Under the pieces are notes generated by a model. It worked only from the letters and a program-made list of their open reading frames with translations. It did not search any database and was not told where the DNA came from. Source: Eledone cirrhosa (lineage: Eukaryota). From it: 64,000 nt of DNA. Numbering within the stretch: position 1 is the first letter of the stretch; every line of letters begins with the position of its first letter. A program made the translations under genes and the position numbers. Below are positions 42,640-56,800 of the stretch, in pieces. Where the stretch lies: positions 336,598,001 through 336,662,000 of the forward strand of contig OZ024742.1 in the NCBI GenBank assembly GCA_964016885.1. The letters are read 5' to 3'.

Positions 42640-42957
42640 GTCCTCAGGGAAGTGACGTAATGCAGACAGTCAGACATAGAGACAGATATTATAAGGGCGC
42701 GACGTTATATGTATGTATCTATCTAAAAAGAGAAAGACTAAGAATTATAGAGAGAGATCGCTAAATCACCTAATTCGGTCCCTAAGGCATTGAAAATTTG
42801 AAATTTATTTTGCTCAGAACACTCCCTGAAACATAAGTATTACATGTGTAAAGTTTGAAAACAGTCGGTTGGGTGCTTCTTGAGTTTTAGGGATTCAAAC
42901 TCACACACAGACACACAGACACACAGACAGACATTCTCAGTTTTATATATATATAGG
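42137..42957 (-). mobile_element. Non-autonomous Helitron (Lep1-like architecture)
   Basis: Minus-strand 3' end has hairpin CCCGtgcaacgcCGGG then CTAG|T. Minus-strand 5' end is CTATATATATAAAA next to (GTCT/GT)n. Three internal repeats at 42313, 42462 and 42765. Confidence 0.7.
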
Positions 42958-43312
42958 TCGTTCTACGCTGTTATATTTCTGCATTTCTGACGTTGAAATT
43001 TTAATAACCATATTTCGTTTTTAATGCTTTACAAATTTTTCTTCATTATTTTTTTCCCGAGTTTGGAAAAAGTTTAGAATCAGCAATTCATTAAAACATC
43101 TTTGTTATATGAAATATTAAAGAATGAGAAATAAATTTAAATATATCTATTTATTTGTCATCAGTCATTTCTTTCTCTTCTTCTTGTATGGTAATTCAAA
43201 AATAAATTTCTAACATGTTTTGAAATCGACAGGAAGTAAAATCATATACATACATACATGTATGTATGTATGTATGTATGTATGTATGTATGTATGTATG
43301 TATGTATGTATG

Positions 43313-43720
43313 AGAGATGACCCCTTAGCCTTTGTCAAGGCAGAATTCTAGGAGAAGGAAAACTCTGATATAACACCTGCAGCCCTGATGGTATCCAATG
43401 ATGTTGACTTGTTCTTCTTTTTGGTAAATATCATCTTGGTTAAGAGAGTGGGACTGGCTTTGTGCAGTGCCTTTGCTCACTATAAAAGCTTCACGGCACA
43501 GGCATTGCTTTATATCTGGAGATCTCTCTGCACTTGTCATCACATGGTACCATGGGCCCAGCACTATGTGTCAGTAATTGTCACAAGTGTAGTGTTTGTA
43601 CCAGAGTTTCCAAGTTGCTGGCTGGACTAAAAAGTCACACTCGTTCAGCGCATCGGTAGGGGTTCTCCTACATGGATATAAAATAGTGGCCGTACTCGAA
43701 AACGAGTTGGCAGCCACCAT
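43313..43720 (+). mobile_element. 5'-truncated RTE-related non-autonomous element
   Basis: Near-identical to the reverse complement of 22750-23155; sits in (TATG)n. Confidence 0.8.
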
Positions 43721-43934
43721 GTATGTATGTATTATGTCGTCAAGTATGAAATTTCTAGAAATTTCTAGAAAGAAAACAAATTTCTACAAATTTCATACTT
43801 GACGACCCAATATATATTTGTATATGTATATATGTATATGTATATTTGTATATATGTGCGTGTAAATACACACACACGCACACAAACAAACACCCACACA
43901 CACACACACACACACACATGCACACATACACACA

Positions 43935-44023
<89 letters not shown>

Positions 44024-44054
44024 TTATATATATACTGTATATATAAATATATAT

Positions 44055-44535
44055 ATCGTTTTTGAATTTGTTTAGCAAGATTCTTTATCTGAAAACGTGT
44101 GTTGAAACCGATATTGTTATACTTTGGGAGGGTCATGTTGCCAATAAGAAACACACGCACCAGTTGCTTTCACTCCAATTTATTATAAGTTAAATTAAAT
44201 TATAAATTTAATAAATTTATAACTTTCGGTTGGTTGGTTCCACAACCGGACAGTTGTTCATATATTGTCAAAGTTCTTTCGTCACACATTCAGTGACCTC
44301 ATCAGTAACCGGGGATTCTTTTCTTTGTTTTGTGCCTCTCCTTTGTTCTGTCCTACGCCATCTTGTTTGTGTGTGTGTTGTGTACTTAGTTTGCGCATGT
44401 GTTGTATCCGGGTGTCTGTGTGTGTTTTTACTTGTTTATTTATTTGTTTATTTACATGTTAATAAATTGGAGTGAAAGAAAATGGTGCGTGTGTTTCTTA
44501 TTGGCAACATGACCCTCCCAAAGTATAACAATATA
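44055..44535 (-). mobile_element. pLTR of the 58262 PLE family with inverted 5' piece; HHR 44267-44309
   Basis: 44305-44460 is the reverse complement of ~59800-59960; 44461-44533 inverts 44111-44184. HHR on minus: gtta CTGATGA g-gtcac...gtgac GAAA gaac TT tgac. Confidence 0.85.
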
Positions 44536-44935
44536 TATATACATTTATATGTGTGTGCGAATGTGTGTGCGCGTGTGTGTATGTGTGTCGATAAGCCACC
44601 AATGTCAGCAAAATTTCGAAGCAACCAGTCACTAGTAGTAGTATATAGATGGCTAATTATCTACAATATATGCTTTCTCTTCTATTTAACATTTTCCCGA
44701 TTTGTTTTATTCTTACTCTTGCCAATCTTCCTCACTCTACAGAAAGAATTTTGATATCTACTGGAAGGAAAATGACACTCACACCTCTTATTTTTCTGTC
44801 TCATTCTGTCATTCAATGAAGGACCAGCGTCCGAAATATTAAAACGATTTTCCAACTATATAAAGCGTTAAACTAATATATCGCATTGTATTTAATTTTC
44901 TCCTGTTATTTTTTTTAATACCTTCCTTATATATG

Positions 44936-45021
<86 letters not shown>

Positions 45022-45026
<5 letters not shown>

Positions 45027-45636
45027 CAACTAGAAATTGATTAACATATAAATAAACATATGAATAATCACAGGAGATAATGTTTACAAGTGTGTAAGCA
45101 CACATAGCTAGGTAGGTAACTAACTTGACTGCTGTTTCTAGTTGTCGATAACCCTATTCACGCCACTGGGACGAAGCTGGTATGATGTGTGTATTTCTAG
45201 TAGATACAGCACGTGTTACTGGCCAGTCGCTGATTTGAAATTAATGCGTAAACATAGATCAGTGGACTTCTTCCTTGTTGAAAATCCAAGTACCGTCATC
45301 CGCCGTTTACCATTCGATTAATTGGTAAAATTTCTTTAATGGAATATATACAGGGAAGATTAATCATATTATAAGGTATCTATTTTTGAAATTCTAGTTA
45401 ACTTTATTTAGTTACCTACCTATCTATGTGTGCTTACACACTTGTAAAAATTATCTCCTGTGATTATTCATATGTTTATTTATATGTTAATGAATTTCTA
45501 GTTGTTATAAAATGCTCGGACTTATTCATTAGAATCTTGGAGCTTATTTTGCGGGTGATATGGCGCATACCTTTCTGGCATGACACCCATAATTTTGATT
45601 TAGATTAAATTCATTTTGATTTATCTTAATTTTGGA
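45022..45636. mobile_element. Fold-back element with ~100 bp arms (45022-45123/45408-45509)
   Basis: Inverted arms visible, (TA)n flanks; only an HHR 3' half (GAAAC agca GTC on minus). Confidence 0.7.
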
Positions 45637-45655
45637 TATAGATATATATATATAT

Positions 45656-46085
45656 AAGTATGTACACGTACATACATATATGTATACAGACGTACAGTAG
45701 TATGTATATATATATACATACATGCACACACATATATATGTACGTATGGATTCACCGAACATTTATTATAATGCTCGGTGTGCTGACGATAGCTAATAAG
45801 CTTGAAACTAGTACAGTGTTCCTTTGTCAGTGTTGAACAAACGAGCAACGATGGTTGCTGGACACTACGGCTTAATACGGGATGTTTGTTTACAAACACA
45901 CCGATCATTATAATAAATGTTCGGTGAATCCATACGTACATATATATGTGCGTGCATGTATCTATATATATATACATACTACTGTACGTCTGTATACATA
46001 TATGTATGTACGTGTACATACTTATATTTAAGTAACAGCCGCACTAAGAGTGGGAAATGAAATTTCGTTTCATTTTTTCCGTTTA
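45656..46085 (+). mobile_element. Fold-back HHR element (arms 45656-45782/45896-46025; HHR core 45783-45813)
   Basis: CTGACGA tagctaataagctt GAAAC ta GTA begins exactly at the inversion point. Confidence 0.8.
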
Positions 46086-46148
46086 TCGGATATATATATG
46101 TATGTATGTATATATATATGTGTGTATGTATGTATGTGTATATATATA

Positions 46149-46296
<148 letters not shown>

Positions 46297-46455
46297 TTGG
46301 TATAATATGTGTTAGTTAAGCAACCGTTACTAGTGTACGCAGTATTGAGCACTCAGCGAAATATACATGTAGGTCTGTATACTACGGAGTATAAGTAATA
46401 TAATGAAGTAGAATTCAACAGGTTATAATTTGCTTCATTATTATGTTACACAGTC

Positions 46456-46518
46456 GCTGTTATATATATATATTTTGATGATTACTATTATGTAACAGTT
46501 ATACCCTCATCAGACAGC
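46456..46518 (-). ncRNA. Decayed hammerhead motif with (UA)n stem III
   Basis: Reverse complement: gctgt CTGATGA gg...tc aAAA tatatatatata acagc. Confidence 0.55.
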
Positions 46519-47001
46519 TATTAGGCGAACAGAAATTTACATGAAGAAAAATAAGATGCAACTGCATATATATGAAATGATGATTATACATACATACATA
46601 CATACATACATACATACATACATACATACATACATACATACATACATACATACATACATACATACATACATTATTGAGCATGTATACATGCAAGTTTGTA
46701 TGGATGCGCATGGCTCATATATCTCTATGCAATGTGACGTTGCAATCTGTTACATAACATGCTTGTTTACATGGTAAACATTTCTTCAAGGGTGTCAAAT
46801 CTATAATTTTAATTATACTAATGGAAATACATTAATATCAACATAATTATAATTTCAATTGTCCGTTATCTATGATTTATAACTAATGATTAAATTGGAA
46901 AAAATTAAAAAAGTTTTCAAAAATACCATACACAAAACAATATATAAATTATTAATTGAATTAAACTGTTTGCAATTATACTTTATTCATACCATAATTA
47001 T

Positions 47002-47057
<56 letters not shown>

Positions 47058-47074
47058 ATACTTGGGGATATATA

Positions 47075-47790
47075 TATATATCAAAAGTATATATTGAGTT
47101 AGAAACTTAAACTAGTCTCTTACAATAAAATAGCTCTAGGAAAGAGATTTTTCCGAGCCGTACGTTATAATTGAATATAAAAGAAAAGCGAACACAGATA
47201 TATACATATATGTGTTCAAATCGCAATGGACCAGATTCGCTAATGTGAAAAGAATGCTAACTATAGACAATAGGGTTTGCCTGAGGGTGTTCCTAGAGCT
47301 ATTTTATTGTAAGAGACTATTTTGAGTTTCTAACTCAATATATACCTTTGATATATTCAGCTCCGTTAATTTGTTGAGCTAATTCAAATGTCGAATAAAC
47401 CTGGCTGCTATTTTTAGTGGTGTAAGTTTGTGAGACACGCTAAGTTCAGATACCATGTGCGTTATTATATATACGCCCACTGTTCAGTTTTTTTATATAC
47501 TTAGAAGTGTCTAGGATACTAATTCTTCACCCACTGATGAGCAAGAATTAGCATTCCTATTCACAATTAATTTTGCGAAACAGCAGTACCAAAAGCTGTC
47601 TGGGTGATTGGTAGTTACCACAATTCCGGTTTGTATTTATTTTCTTGATTTATTCTTAAATTGAGTCTGGCAAACCCTATTGTCTATAGTTAGTATTCTT
47701 TTCACCTTAGCGAATCTGGTCCCTTGCTATTTGAACACATATATGTATATGTCTGTGTTCATTTTTCTTTTATATTCAATTATAATAACA
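47075..47790 (+). mobile_element. HHR element with two interlocked inverted repeats
   Basis: 47079-47142 inverts 47290-47355; 47165-47281 inverts 47669-47786. Confidence 0.85.
47527..47607 (+). ncRNA. Canonical type I hammerhead ribozyme
   Basis: 7-bp stem I tcaccca/tgggtga, CTGATGA, stem II gcaa/ttgc with G10.1-C11.1, GAAA, 5-bp stem III acagc/gctgt, GUC with predicted cut after 47600. Confidence 0.9.
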
Positions 47791-47841
<51 letters not shown>

Positions 47842-47882
47842 TGCGTTTAGCATCGAATCGATCTAAATAATATGTATCTATA

Positions 47883-47929
<47 letters not shown>

Positions 47930-48520
47930 TGGATCGATTCGATGCTAAACGCATAGAAGCCATCACAATCATTTCGACCTTGCTTTCTAGAGAACTGCTC
48001 AACTGTAACGATAATTCGTAGACGGAGAAATTGTTACGGAGCAAATAAATGTGATATGTTCTCAGGAAAGCAATGCCGGAATAGAACAGCCTAATAACGA
48101 AAGAAATCTAAGAATTCCATTAATTTAACTAGGAAAGAGTTGAAATGCTTACACCTCATCACCTGGACTAAATGGTTTCGACCCTTCTAAAGATTTGCCA
48201 ATTACAAATGTTAGAAATTCATTATTAGCAAATCAGGACTTAGGCTACTTCTCAACTGTACTCTTAGTAATAGCCAACAATTCTCATCATGTCTATGAAG
48301 AGGCGAAGCTATGCATCTGTATTGGACAGTATCTGGGAAGAACAGGGTTGTTTGGCGTGAGGATTCTAAAATTAGCAGCACCTTCATTTGTGGCTAATCA
48401 AGGCAACTGGACCGATCAAATCATGCTATTGGGAGTGAGATATAGGGGGGGGGGGATTCAGATTGATACAATGCTAAAGGCATAGAAGCTGTCGCAATCT
48501 TATATACGAAATTTCTATAC

Positions 48521-48552
<32 letters not shown>

Positions 48553-48785
48553 GTGGGGGGGGGGGGGGGGGGGTGCGCGAGTGTGTGTGTATATGTTTGC
48601 GTGCGTAGGTGTAGAGATGTAAATGACTCTATTTATAACCCGATATCTGATACATTCTATCATTTAAACATTAGTTTCTTCTTTCATTGATATTCTATTT
48701 TTGTTTCCATTTATCATTTAACAATTTATATCTGAGACAAAAACAAATTCATTTTATAATTTATATATATATATGTGAGTGGTGT

Positions 48786-48835
<50 letters not shown>

Positions 48836-48879
48836 AGAGAGCGCGAAAGGCAAATATATATTCATATATATATAGTATA

Positions 48880-49272
48880 TATTGGGTGGTTCGGTAGATT
48901 CGTGAGTTACTGACGAAGTTACCAAAATCAGCACTTTATGCTATGCCAGAGTGTATATATTAAGAACAAAAGAGGTTTCAAATTAACGTTTTATTTTTAA
49001 ATGGTTTATGTACAGTTGCAACCGTTTAGCAGCTGGGTGGCTCTGCATCCATGTTAATGTTATAGACACGATTCCAGCTCCAATCTACTCATCAGGCTTG
49101 CTAATCAGGCAAAACGGGATCTTGATTTTGTTTGATTAGCAAGTCTGATGAGCAGATTGAGCTGGAGTCTGTAAAATTAACATGGATCCTGAGCCACCCA
49201 TCTGTGAAACGCTTCGTAACTGTGCATAATGAATAAAAAAAAAACTTTAATGTGAAACCTCGTTTTGTTACT
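48880..49272. mobile_element. Older fold-back element with twin HHRs (49139-49225 plus, intact; ~49010-49101 minus, mutated)
   Basis: Arms 48965-49114/49126-49270. HHR reads gcaagt CTGATGA gcagat...atctgt GAAAC gcttc GTA actgtgc. Confidence 0.8.
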
Positions 49273-49714
49273 ATATATATATACAAATATAAATTAGCGA
49301 GAATCGTATTTCGGCTTAGGAATTAACGAAAAACAACTTCCGAGATGTGTGGCAAGCGCTCAATGATTCAGATGAACCAGAGCTACAACATACGTTAAAG
49401 GCCAAACACACTGAGACGATGGTTAAACAATCATCCGTACAGCCATAAAAACGACCAAGTAATTCGGGTCAAACAAATAAAAATATATGTGATTGAAAAT
49501 TTACCCGGACCCCTGGATGGTTGGTAAAATCCAGTGTTTGGGTTTCTGCGACTCCTAAATCAAGTACTGTCCGCTTACATAAATAATGTTAGGCTTCTGG
49601 TAAGATGATTGAACAAGGAAGCCACTTTTTCAACAGGTTTTAGTTCGAGTGCTAATTTAAGGAATGATCGTTACCGACCCCACGTATATATATATAGAGA
49701 GAGATAGATAGATA

Positions 49715-50745
49715 TATTCTCCAGTCCACTACGATGATAAAAAGGTAAGGAGCCAATGTATCTCCCTGGAGCACTCCAGCCAGTATCTCAAAGAACTATG
49801 TCATCCCATCAGGTGTAATGACTTGGGCTTTGGTGTTGGTGTAGAGTAATGATATCAGGTCCACTATCTTCTTGGGGATTCCATAAGCCTGTAAGATCTT
49901 CATCAGGCAATGACGGTCCACAGAATAAAAGGCCTTCCTAAAGTCAATGAAAACCATGACCGCAGGAAGGCACTTTGCTCTAGCTCCCTCTAATATCCTC
50001 CTCAGCATCAGGATGTGACTGGTGGTTGATCTTCCTTCTCTGGATCCGTTCTGGTTGTCCCTGAGCTTCTTTTCCATCTCGGTCTGGATCCTGTTAAGAA
50101 TCATCCTGTTGAGGGTCTTTGCTACAAGTGACGCCAGTGAGATCCCCCTGTAGTTGTTGGTGTTAGAGAGATCTCCCTTCTTTGGCACTGGGACATCAGA
50201 GCAGGAGAGTTAAGGCGAAAAAGATATCGGATGCTGAATTTGCCGACGACATAATTTTGGTGACAAATACAGTGAAGGAGGCAGATGATTTGATGCAGGA
50301 GGTTAAGACTGTGTCGATGAGTGTAGGGCTGAGAATGAATGACACTAAAACAAAATATCTGGTAGAGCATGTAGAGAAGCCAGAGGGTATCACTAATGTC
50401 GGCGGAAAGCCGCTAGAATTGGTTGACGAATTCCTGTATTCGGGAGCAAAGATTGGGAATACGGAAGATGATGTGGTTCAGAGGAAGAGCAAAGTCTGGA
50501 CGGCGTGCCACAGCTTGAGATCGGTGTGGAAGTCGGACCTTCGTAAAGACCCGAAAATCCGCCTCTTCATTGCTGTGGTGGAGTCTGTGCTGCTGTACGG
50601 GTTTGAGACTTGGACACTGACCAAGAAACTCACTCAGATGGTGGATAGGTGCTACACGAGAATGCTGAGGATGGCTCTGAACATTAATCAGTATACACTG
50701 AGGATGAAAAACTCAGAGCTGTATGGGAGCCTCGCAAAAGTCAGC
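49715..50745. mobile_element. RTE-like LINE RT fragment with 5' inversion
   Basis: Minus strand 50193->49715: PKKGDLS..NYRGISL..FIDFRKAF..GVLQGDTLAP. Plus strand from ~50194: EFADD..VESVLLYG.ETWTLT. Confidence 0.85.
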
Positions 50746-50859
50746 TGCGGTTTTCGGCGGGTAGACTCAAAGTGTTAACAAAGGAAATATTATAATTTCC
50801 GCTAACATTCCGAATTAAAGCTCTCAACCAGATGTTATTAAACAAACACAAATAATTAA

Positions 50860-50922
<63 letters not shown>

Positions 50923-50960
50923 CCCGAATTCAAATCACAAACTGATATATATATATATAT

Positions 50961-51171
50961 CTAGAAGTAGAACACTGGAAGGTAATATCCGTAGTGGTAC
51001 AGCAATCAGTCGAAGGGACGAGTTTGGTAGAAGTAGTAACACAACAGTTAGTTTACCATACCGAGAACAATTGTTTCACCTTATGCGGATCTTCAGATCG
51101 GTCTCCAGTCCTTCACTGCATATATAAATATATATATATATACTGGCCGAAACCTATCAAAGTTATCAAAG

Positions 51172-51237
<66 letters not shown>

Positions 51238-51568
51238 GTGAGATTTTTTTTACAAAATGAAAAATAACCGAGGTGTCCTACACGATTGAAAGTATAAAGA
51301 AAAAGAGTTGAAATCGAAAATGCAACTGGAGTCTTATTTAAAAAAATATATATATTTATTTGGTTCCTTTACCGGTTTCGCAGTTCTTCTGTTTTTCAAA
51401 AGTAGAGTTGAGATGGAGGGTCTGTGGTTTTTCTCACATCTGGTAAAGGAACCGAATAAATATATATATATTTTTTTAAATAAGACTCCAGTTGCATTTT
51501 CGATTTCATCTTTTTATATATATATATATATTTATAACTTTGATAACTTTGATAGGTTTCGGCCAGTA

Positions 51569-51649
<81 letters not shown>

Positions 51650-51803
51650 GCAGTGAAGGACTGGAGACCGATCTGAAGATCCGCATAAGGTGAAACAATT
51701 GTTCTCGGTATGGTAAACTAACTGTTGTGTTACTACTTCTACCAAAATCGTCCCATCGACTGATTGCTGTACCACTATGGATATTACCTTCCAGTGTTCT
51801 ACT

Positions 51804-51808
<5 letters not shown>
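50961..51808. mobile_element. Triple-nested inverted repeats; outer arms carry HHR motifs (51060-51102 minus, 51667-51709 plus)
   Basis: Pairs 50962-51130/51637-51807, 51141-51176/51533-51569 and 51300-51373/51441-51516, separated by (TA)n. HHR reads accgat CTGAAGA tcc..ggt GAAAC aatt GTT ctcggt. Confidence 0.85.
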
Positions 51809-51849
<41 letters not shown>

Positions 51850-52439
51850 ATATTTATGCCATATTCTGCATATATTTGTTGAAGATTTAGCTTAAACATG
51901 TAGGAAAAGAATAGACTGTAAATTGTAAACACTTTCAACTATTCTTCCGTACATCGAAAAACATAGAAGGTTATTATGGCTGAAGATCAGCGACTCTTGG
52001 CGCCTAATCAAAGAATAACTACACATATGGTTTCTTCTACGCAGGAATATTGCTATAACAACGCTATATATGTCATAAATGATTTGGAAAATAGTTGACA
52101 TGGGCGTGAGTGTGTGTTTGCATGATGCATCATCGCGAATGGTACCTGGCGTCATCGTGTATTTGGGGATTTATAGCATCCACCCAGTATTGTCAGATTC
52201 CGACTTGGTTCACAGCAATATTCAGACATGCCAATGGGTCAGTCCTCTTAATTGAAGCTACCTGGTGACTTTCTTTGCACTGTCACTCAGAATTTAAATA
52301 GCTCTTTTTTTTATTTCTACTCATTAACTCTTTTAAATAGCAAACAGCCTGAAACCGCCCCTGATTATTTATCTAAAAGCTTTTCATCATAATTTTATGT
52401 AAAAACCTTTGTTAAATTATGTTCCAAAAAACAGCTTAA

Positions 52440-52625
52440 TAATTGTTTCTACTTTAGGCACAAGGCCAGCAATTACCCAGTGCATTACTGGTACTTTATT
52501 TTATCGACCCCGTAATGATGAAAGGCAAAGTTAACCTCGTAGGGATTTGAACTCAGATCGTAAAGGAACGTAACTATGCTGGAAAGCATGGCGTCCGACC
52601 CTCTACCGATACTGCCAATCTACCA
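52440..52625 (-). mobile_element. Meta-domain SINE; a 5'-truncated plus-strand copy lies at 52992-53092
   Basis: Family match; TSD cagcttaat; second copy has TSD aattattttcaata. Confidence 0.85.
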
Positions 52626-52669
52626 GCTTAATGAGAAAGTTAGTTCCAAATACTATATTATTTTCCATG

Positions 52670-52960
52670 TGAAGGCGCCAATGAGACTGCCTAGTGGTTA
52701 TGGTACTCAGCTAGCAATCGCAAGGTCGTGAGTTCGATTCTGGGCGGCGCGTTGGGTCGTTGAATTTAAAGAGTTGTACCTGTAATTCGAAGCACCAGCC
52801 TTGTCCCATTCTGTGTCACGCTGAATCTCCCTGAGAACTTCGTTAACTGTTCACCTGTCTGTAGAATGCTCAGCCACTTACATGTTAATTTCACGAGCAG
52901 GCTGTTCCATTGATCAATTCAACTGGAACACACGCCGTCGTAACGGATGGAAGGCAAGTT
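52670..52960 (+). mobile_element. CORE SINE, internally deleted
   Basis: Head gaaggcg...gtgagttcgattc; tail ctcagccacttacatgttaatttcacgagcaggctgttcc. Confidence 0.75.
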
Positions 52961-53374
52961 TATATATCATTAGAAATAATTATTTTCAATAATCCCGCCG
53001 AGGTTAACTTTGCCTTTCATCCTTACGGGGTCGATAAAATAAAGTACCAGTAATGGACTGGGTAATTGCTGGCCTTGTGCCAAAAGTAGAAACAATTATT
53101 TTCAATATTATTTGAAAATAATATGCAGTGTCTTTTGACAGGGTTAAAGGCCAAATTGGATGGGAACTTTTAAAGGTAGCCTCAAGCAATGCCTCTACAG
53201 TCACCTCCTGTGGGTTAACAGTGTGTATTCTATTCCCAAACTTAGTACTTCTGCACTAATGTTATTGGAACTTGCTCATTCTTATTGGCTTCCTCAGTGT
53301 TTATCACAGGGCACTCTAAGTTTTGGCATGGTTAGTTGCTTTGTCGCCTCAGAGGTGATAATCACGTCTAGCCA

Positions 53375-53463
<89 letters not shown>

Positions 53464-54249
53464 TGTAATTGTGTATGTGTGTATATGTATATATATATAT
53501 ATATGTGTGTGTGTGTATGCATGTGTATATACGTATTATAGATACATATATATATATATATTGATAAACTTATACATATATATATATATAATAATTAGCA
53601 GTACTACCTCTATTATATTATATATAATTTCTGTGGATATATATACACTCATATATGTACGTATATATGTATGTTTGTATGCATGTATGCAAGTATATGT
53701 ACGTACGTATGTATGTACGTATGTACGTATGTATGTATGTATGAATGTATGTATGCATGCATGTGTGCATGTGTGTATGTATGTATGTATGTATGTATGT
53801 ATGTATGTATGTATGTATGTATGTATGTATGTATGTATGTGTGTATGTGTGTATGCGTGCGTGCGTGCGTTTGTGTGTGTATGTAAAATCATTAGACATA
53901 TGTTAGATACATAACAGACGCCAGTCGTGTCTATTATATCGCCTCTTCCTAATCTCTTTATCAAACATACCTGTTGACTTTTCGCCATTACCTCCTTCTG
54001 CTGTCTGAGAACTTAACAAAACAAACGTCTAGGGGGTTGGGTGAAAGGTGGTGGACAGTTTACTTATAGGACAGTATATGGGGGTTGGATGTGAGAAAAC
54101 ATCTTGTTTATTGTGTCTGTCAGACTGACTGTCTGTCCGTTTGGTTAGTTTGTACAATTTCGCTCGGTTTCCGAGAAAGGAAGCAATGATAGGACAAACA
54201 TCATCTATATGTATACGCATATATATGCATATATATGTATATATATATA

Positions 54250-54383
<134 letters not shown>

Positions 54384-54414
54384 CTCTCCCTTCCCTAACT
54401 CCCATCTATCTTTC

Positions 54415-54470
<56 letters not shown>

Positions 54471-54472
54471 CA

Positions 54473-54518
<46 letters not shown>

Positions 54519-54544
54519 TACATATATGTATGTGTGTGTGCGGG

Positions 54545-54584
<40 letters not shown>

Positions 54585-54585
54585 C

Positions 54586-54669
<84 letters not shown>

Positions 54670-55180
54670 AACACCATCTATATACACGTATATATATATA
54701 TATATATATATATATACGTATATATATATATATGTGTGTGGAGGGGGGTGCGTATGAGATAGTGACAGAGAATAGAGTTCGGATTGGAGAGAAAGACTCT
54801 TAAAATAAAATATATTAATAGACAGACAAGCAAGCAGGCTGGTAAATAAATAGATAGATAAATAGATAGACAAAATGGAAACAATAAACAAAAATGCAGA
54901 GAGACATGGTGAGCAAGATCAAATTAATGTAAAGATAACGAGGAAAGAAAGAAAAATAAAAAAATCCAATTTTTAAAGGACAAGTAGATGTCTTTATAAA
55001 TGGTTGTTGGTGTCAGCTGAGGTATTCCTTTCTATCAAAGTCTAGTGTTCAATGTTATATATATATATGTGTGTGTGTGTGTAGTTGTATGTGTGTGTGT
55101 GTATGTGCGTGTGTGTTTGTGTGTAGTTGTATGTGTGTGTGTGTATGTGCGTGTGTGTAGTTGTATGTGTGTGTGTGTGA

Positions 55181-55242
<62 letters not shown>

Positions 55243-55372
55243 ATTGGAATTTCGTATTTCTAGAGAAACAGGGTATGTTTATAGATAAACATTTAGAAAA
55301 AGCTGTAGCTATGTAAAAACACCGGCGGCTATCGCCCACTGGTGGTGTCCAGCAGAAGCAAGGGAGACAATC

Positions 55373-55410
55373 GTCGATGCATTTCGAACTTAACTGGTTC
55401 TCATAAGGAC
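55373..55410 (-). ncRNA. Minimal hammerhead motif with G5 mutated
   Basis: Reverse complement: gtc CTtATGA gaac cagttaa gttc GAAA tgca TC gac; abuts (TA)n. Confidence 0.6.
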
Positions 55411-55423
55411 ATATATATATATA

Positions 55424-55830
55424 TATTGTTATACTTTGAGAGGGTCATGCAGCAATAAAAACACACGCACCTATTGGTTGTCACTTCAATTTATTATAAA
55501 TTATTGGCAACATGACCCTCTCAATGTATAACAATATCTGTTTCAACACACGTGTTCAGTTAAGAAATGTCCTTAAACAAATTAAAAAACGAATTTACAT
55601 ACCCGTAATGTGTATGTGCTATCATTGGTTTCGGGGTCCAATTATGGCCACCACTGTTTATTGGAGGAGGTACTTTTAAAAACTTGCCCTTTATTCGGGC
55701 ACGTGAACAAAGATATCTTTGTCCATGAATGAAGTGTCGGTCTTTAATAGTGTCTCCTCCAATACACGGTCGTAACCATAGCTGGATCCCGAAACCAATG
55801 GAAGCACATACATTTTAAGTGTATGAAACA
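55424..55830. mobile_element. Two adjacent fold-backs: 55424-55595 (58262 PLE family) and 55597-55826
   Basis: 55424-55458 inverts 55501-55537; 55597-55681 inverts 55743-55826. Confidence 0.7.
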
Positions 55831-55842
55831 ACTTTCTTTATA

Positions 55843-56800
<958 letters not shown>

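Noticed and set aside
53130-53370. Degenerate L1-like RT remnant (SFDRV...WV..VYSIP...QG)
   Set aside because: Too decayed to support without a profile search.
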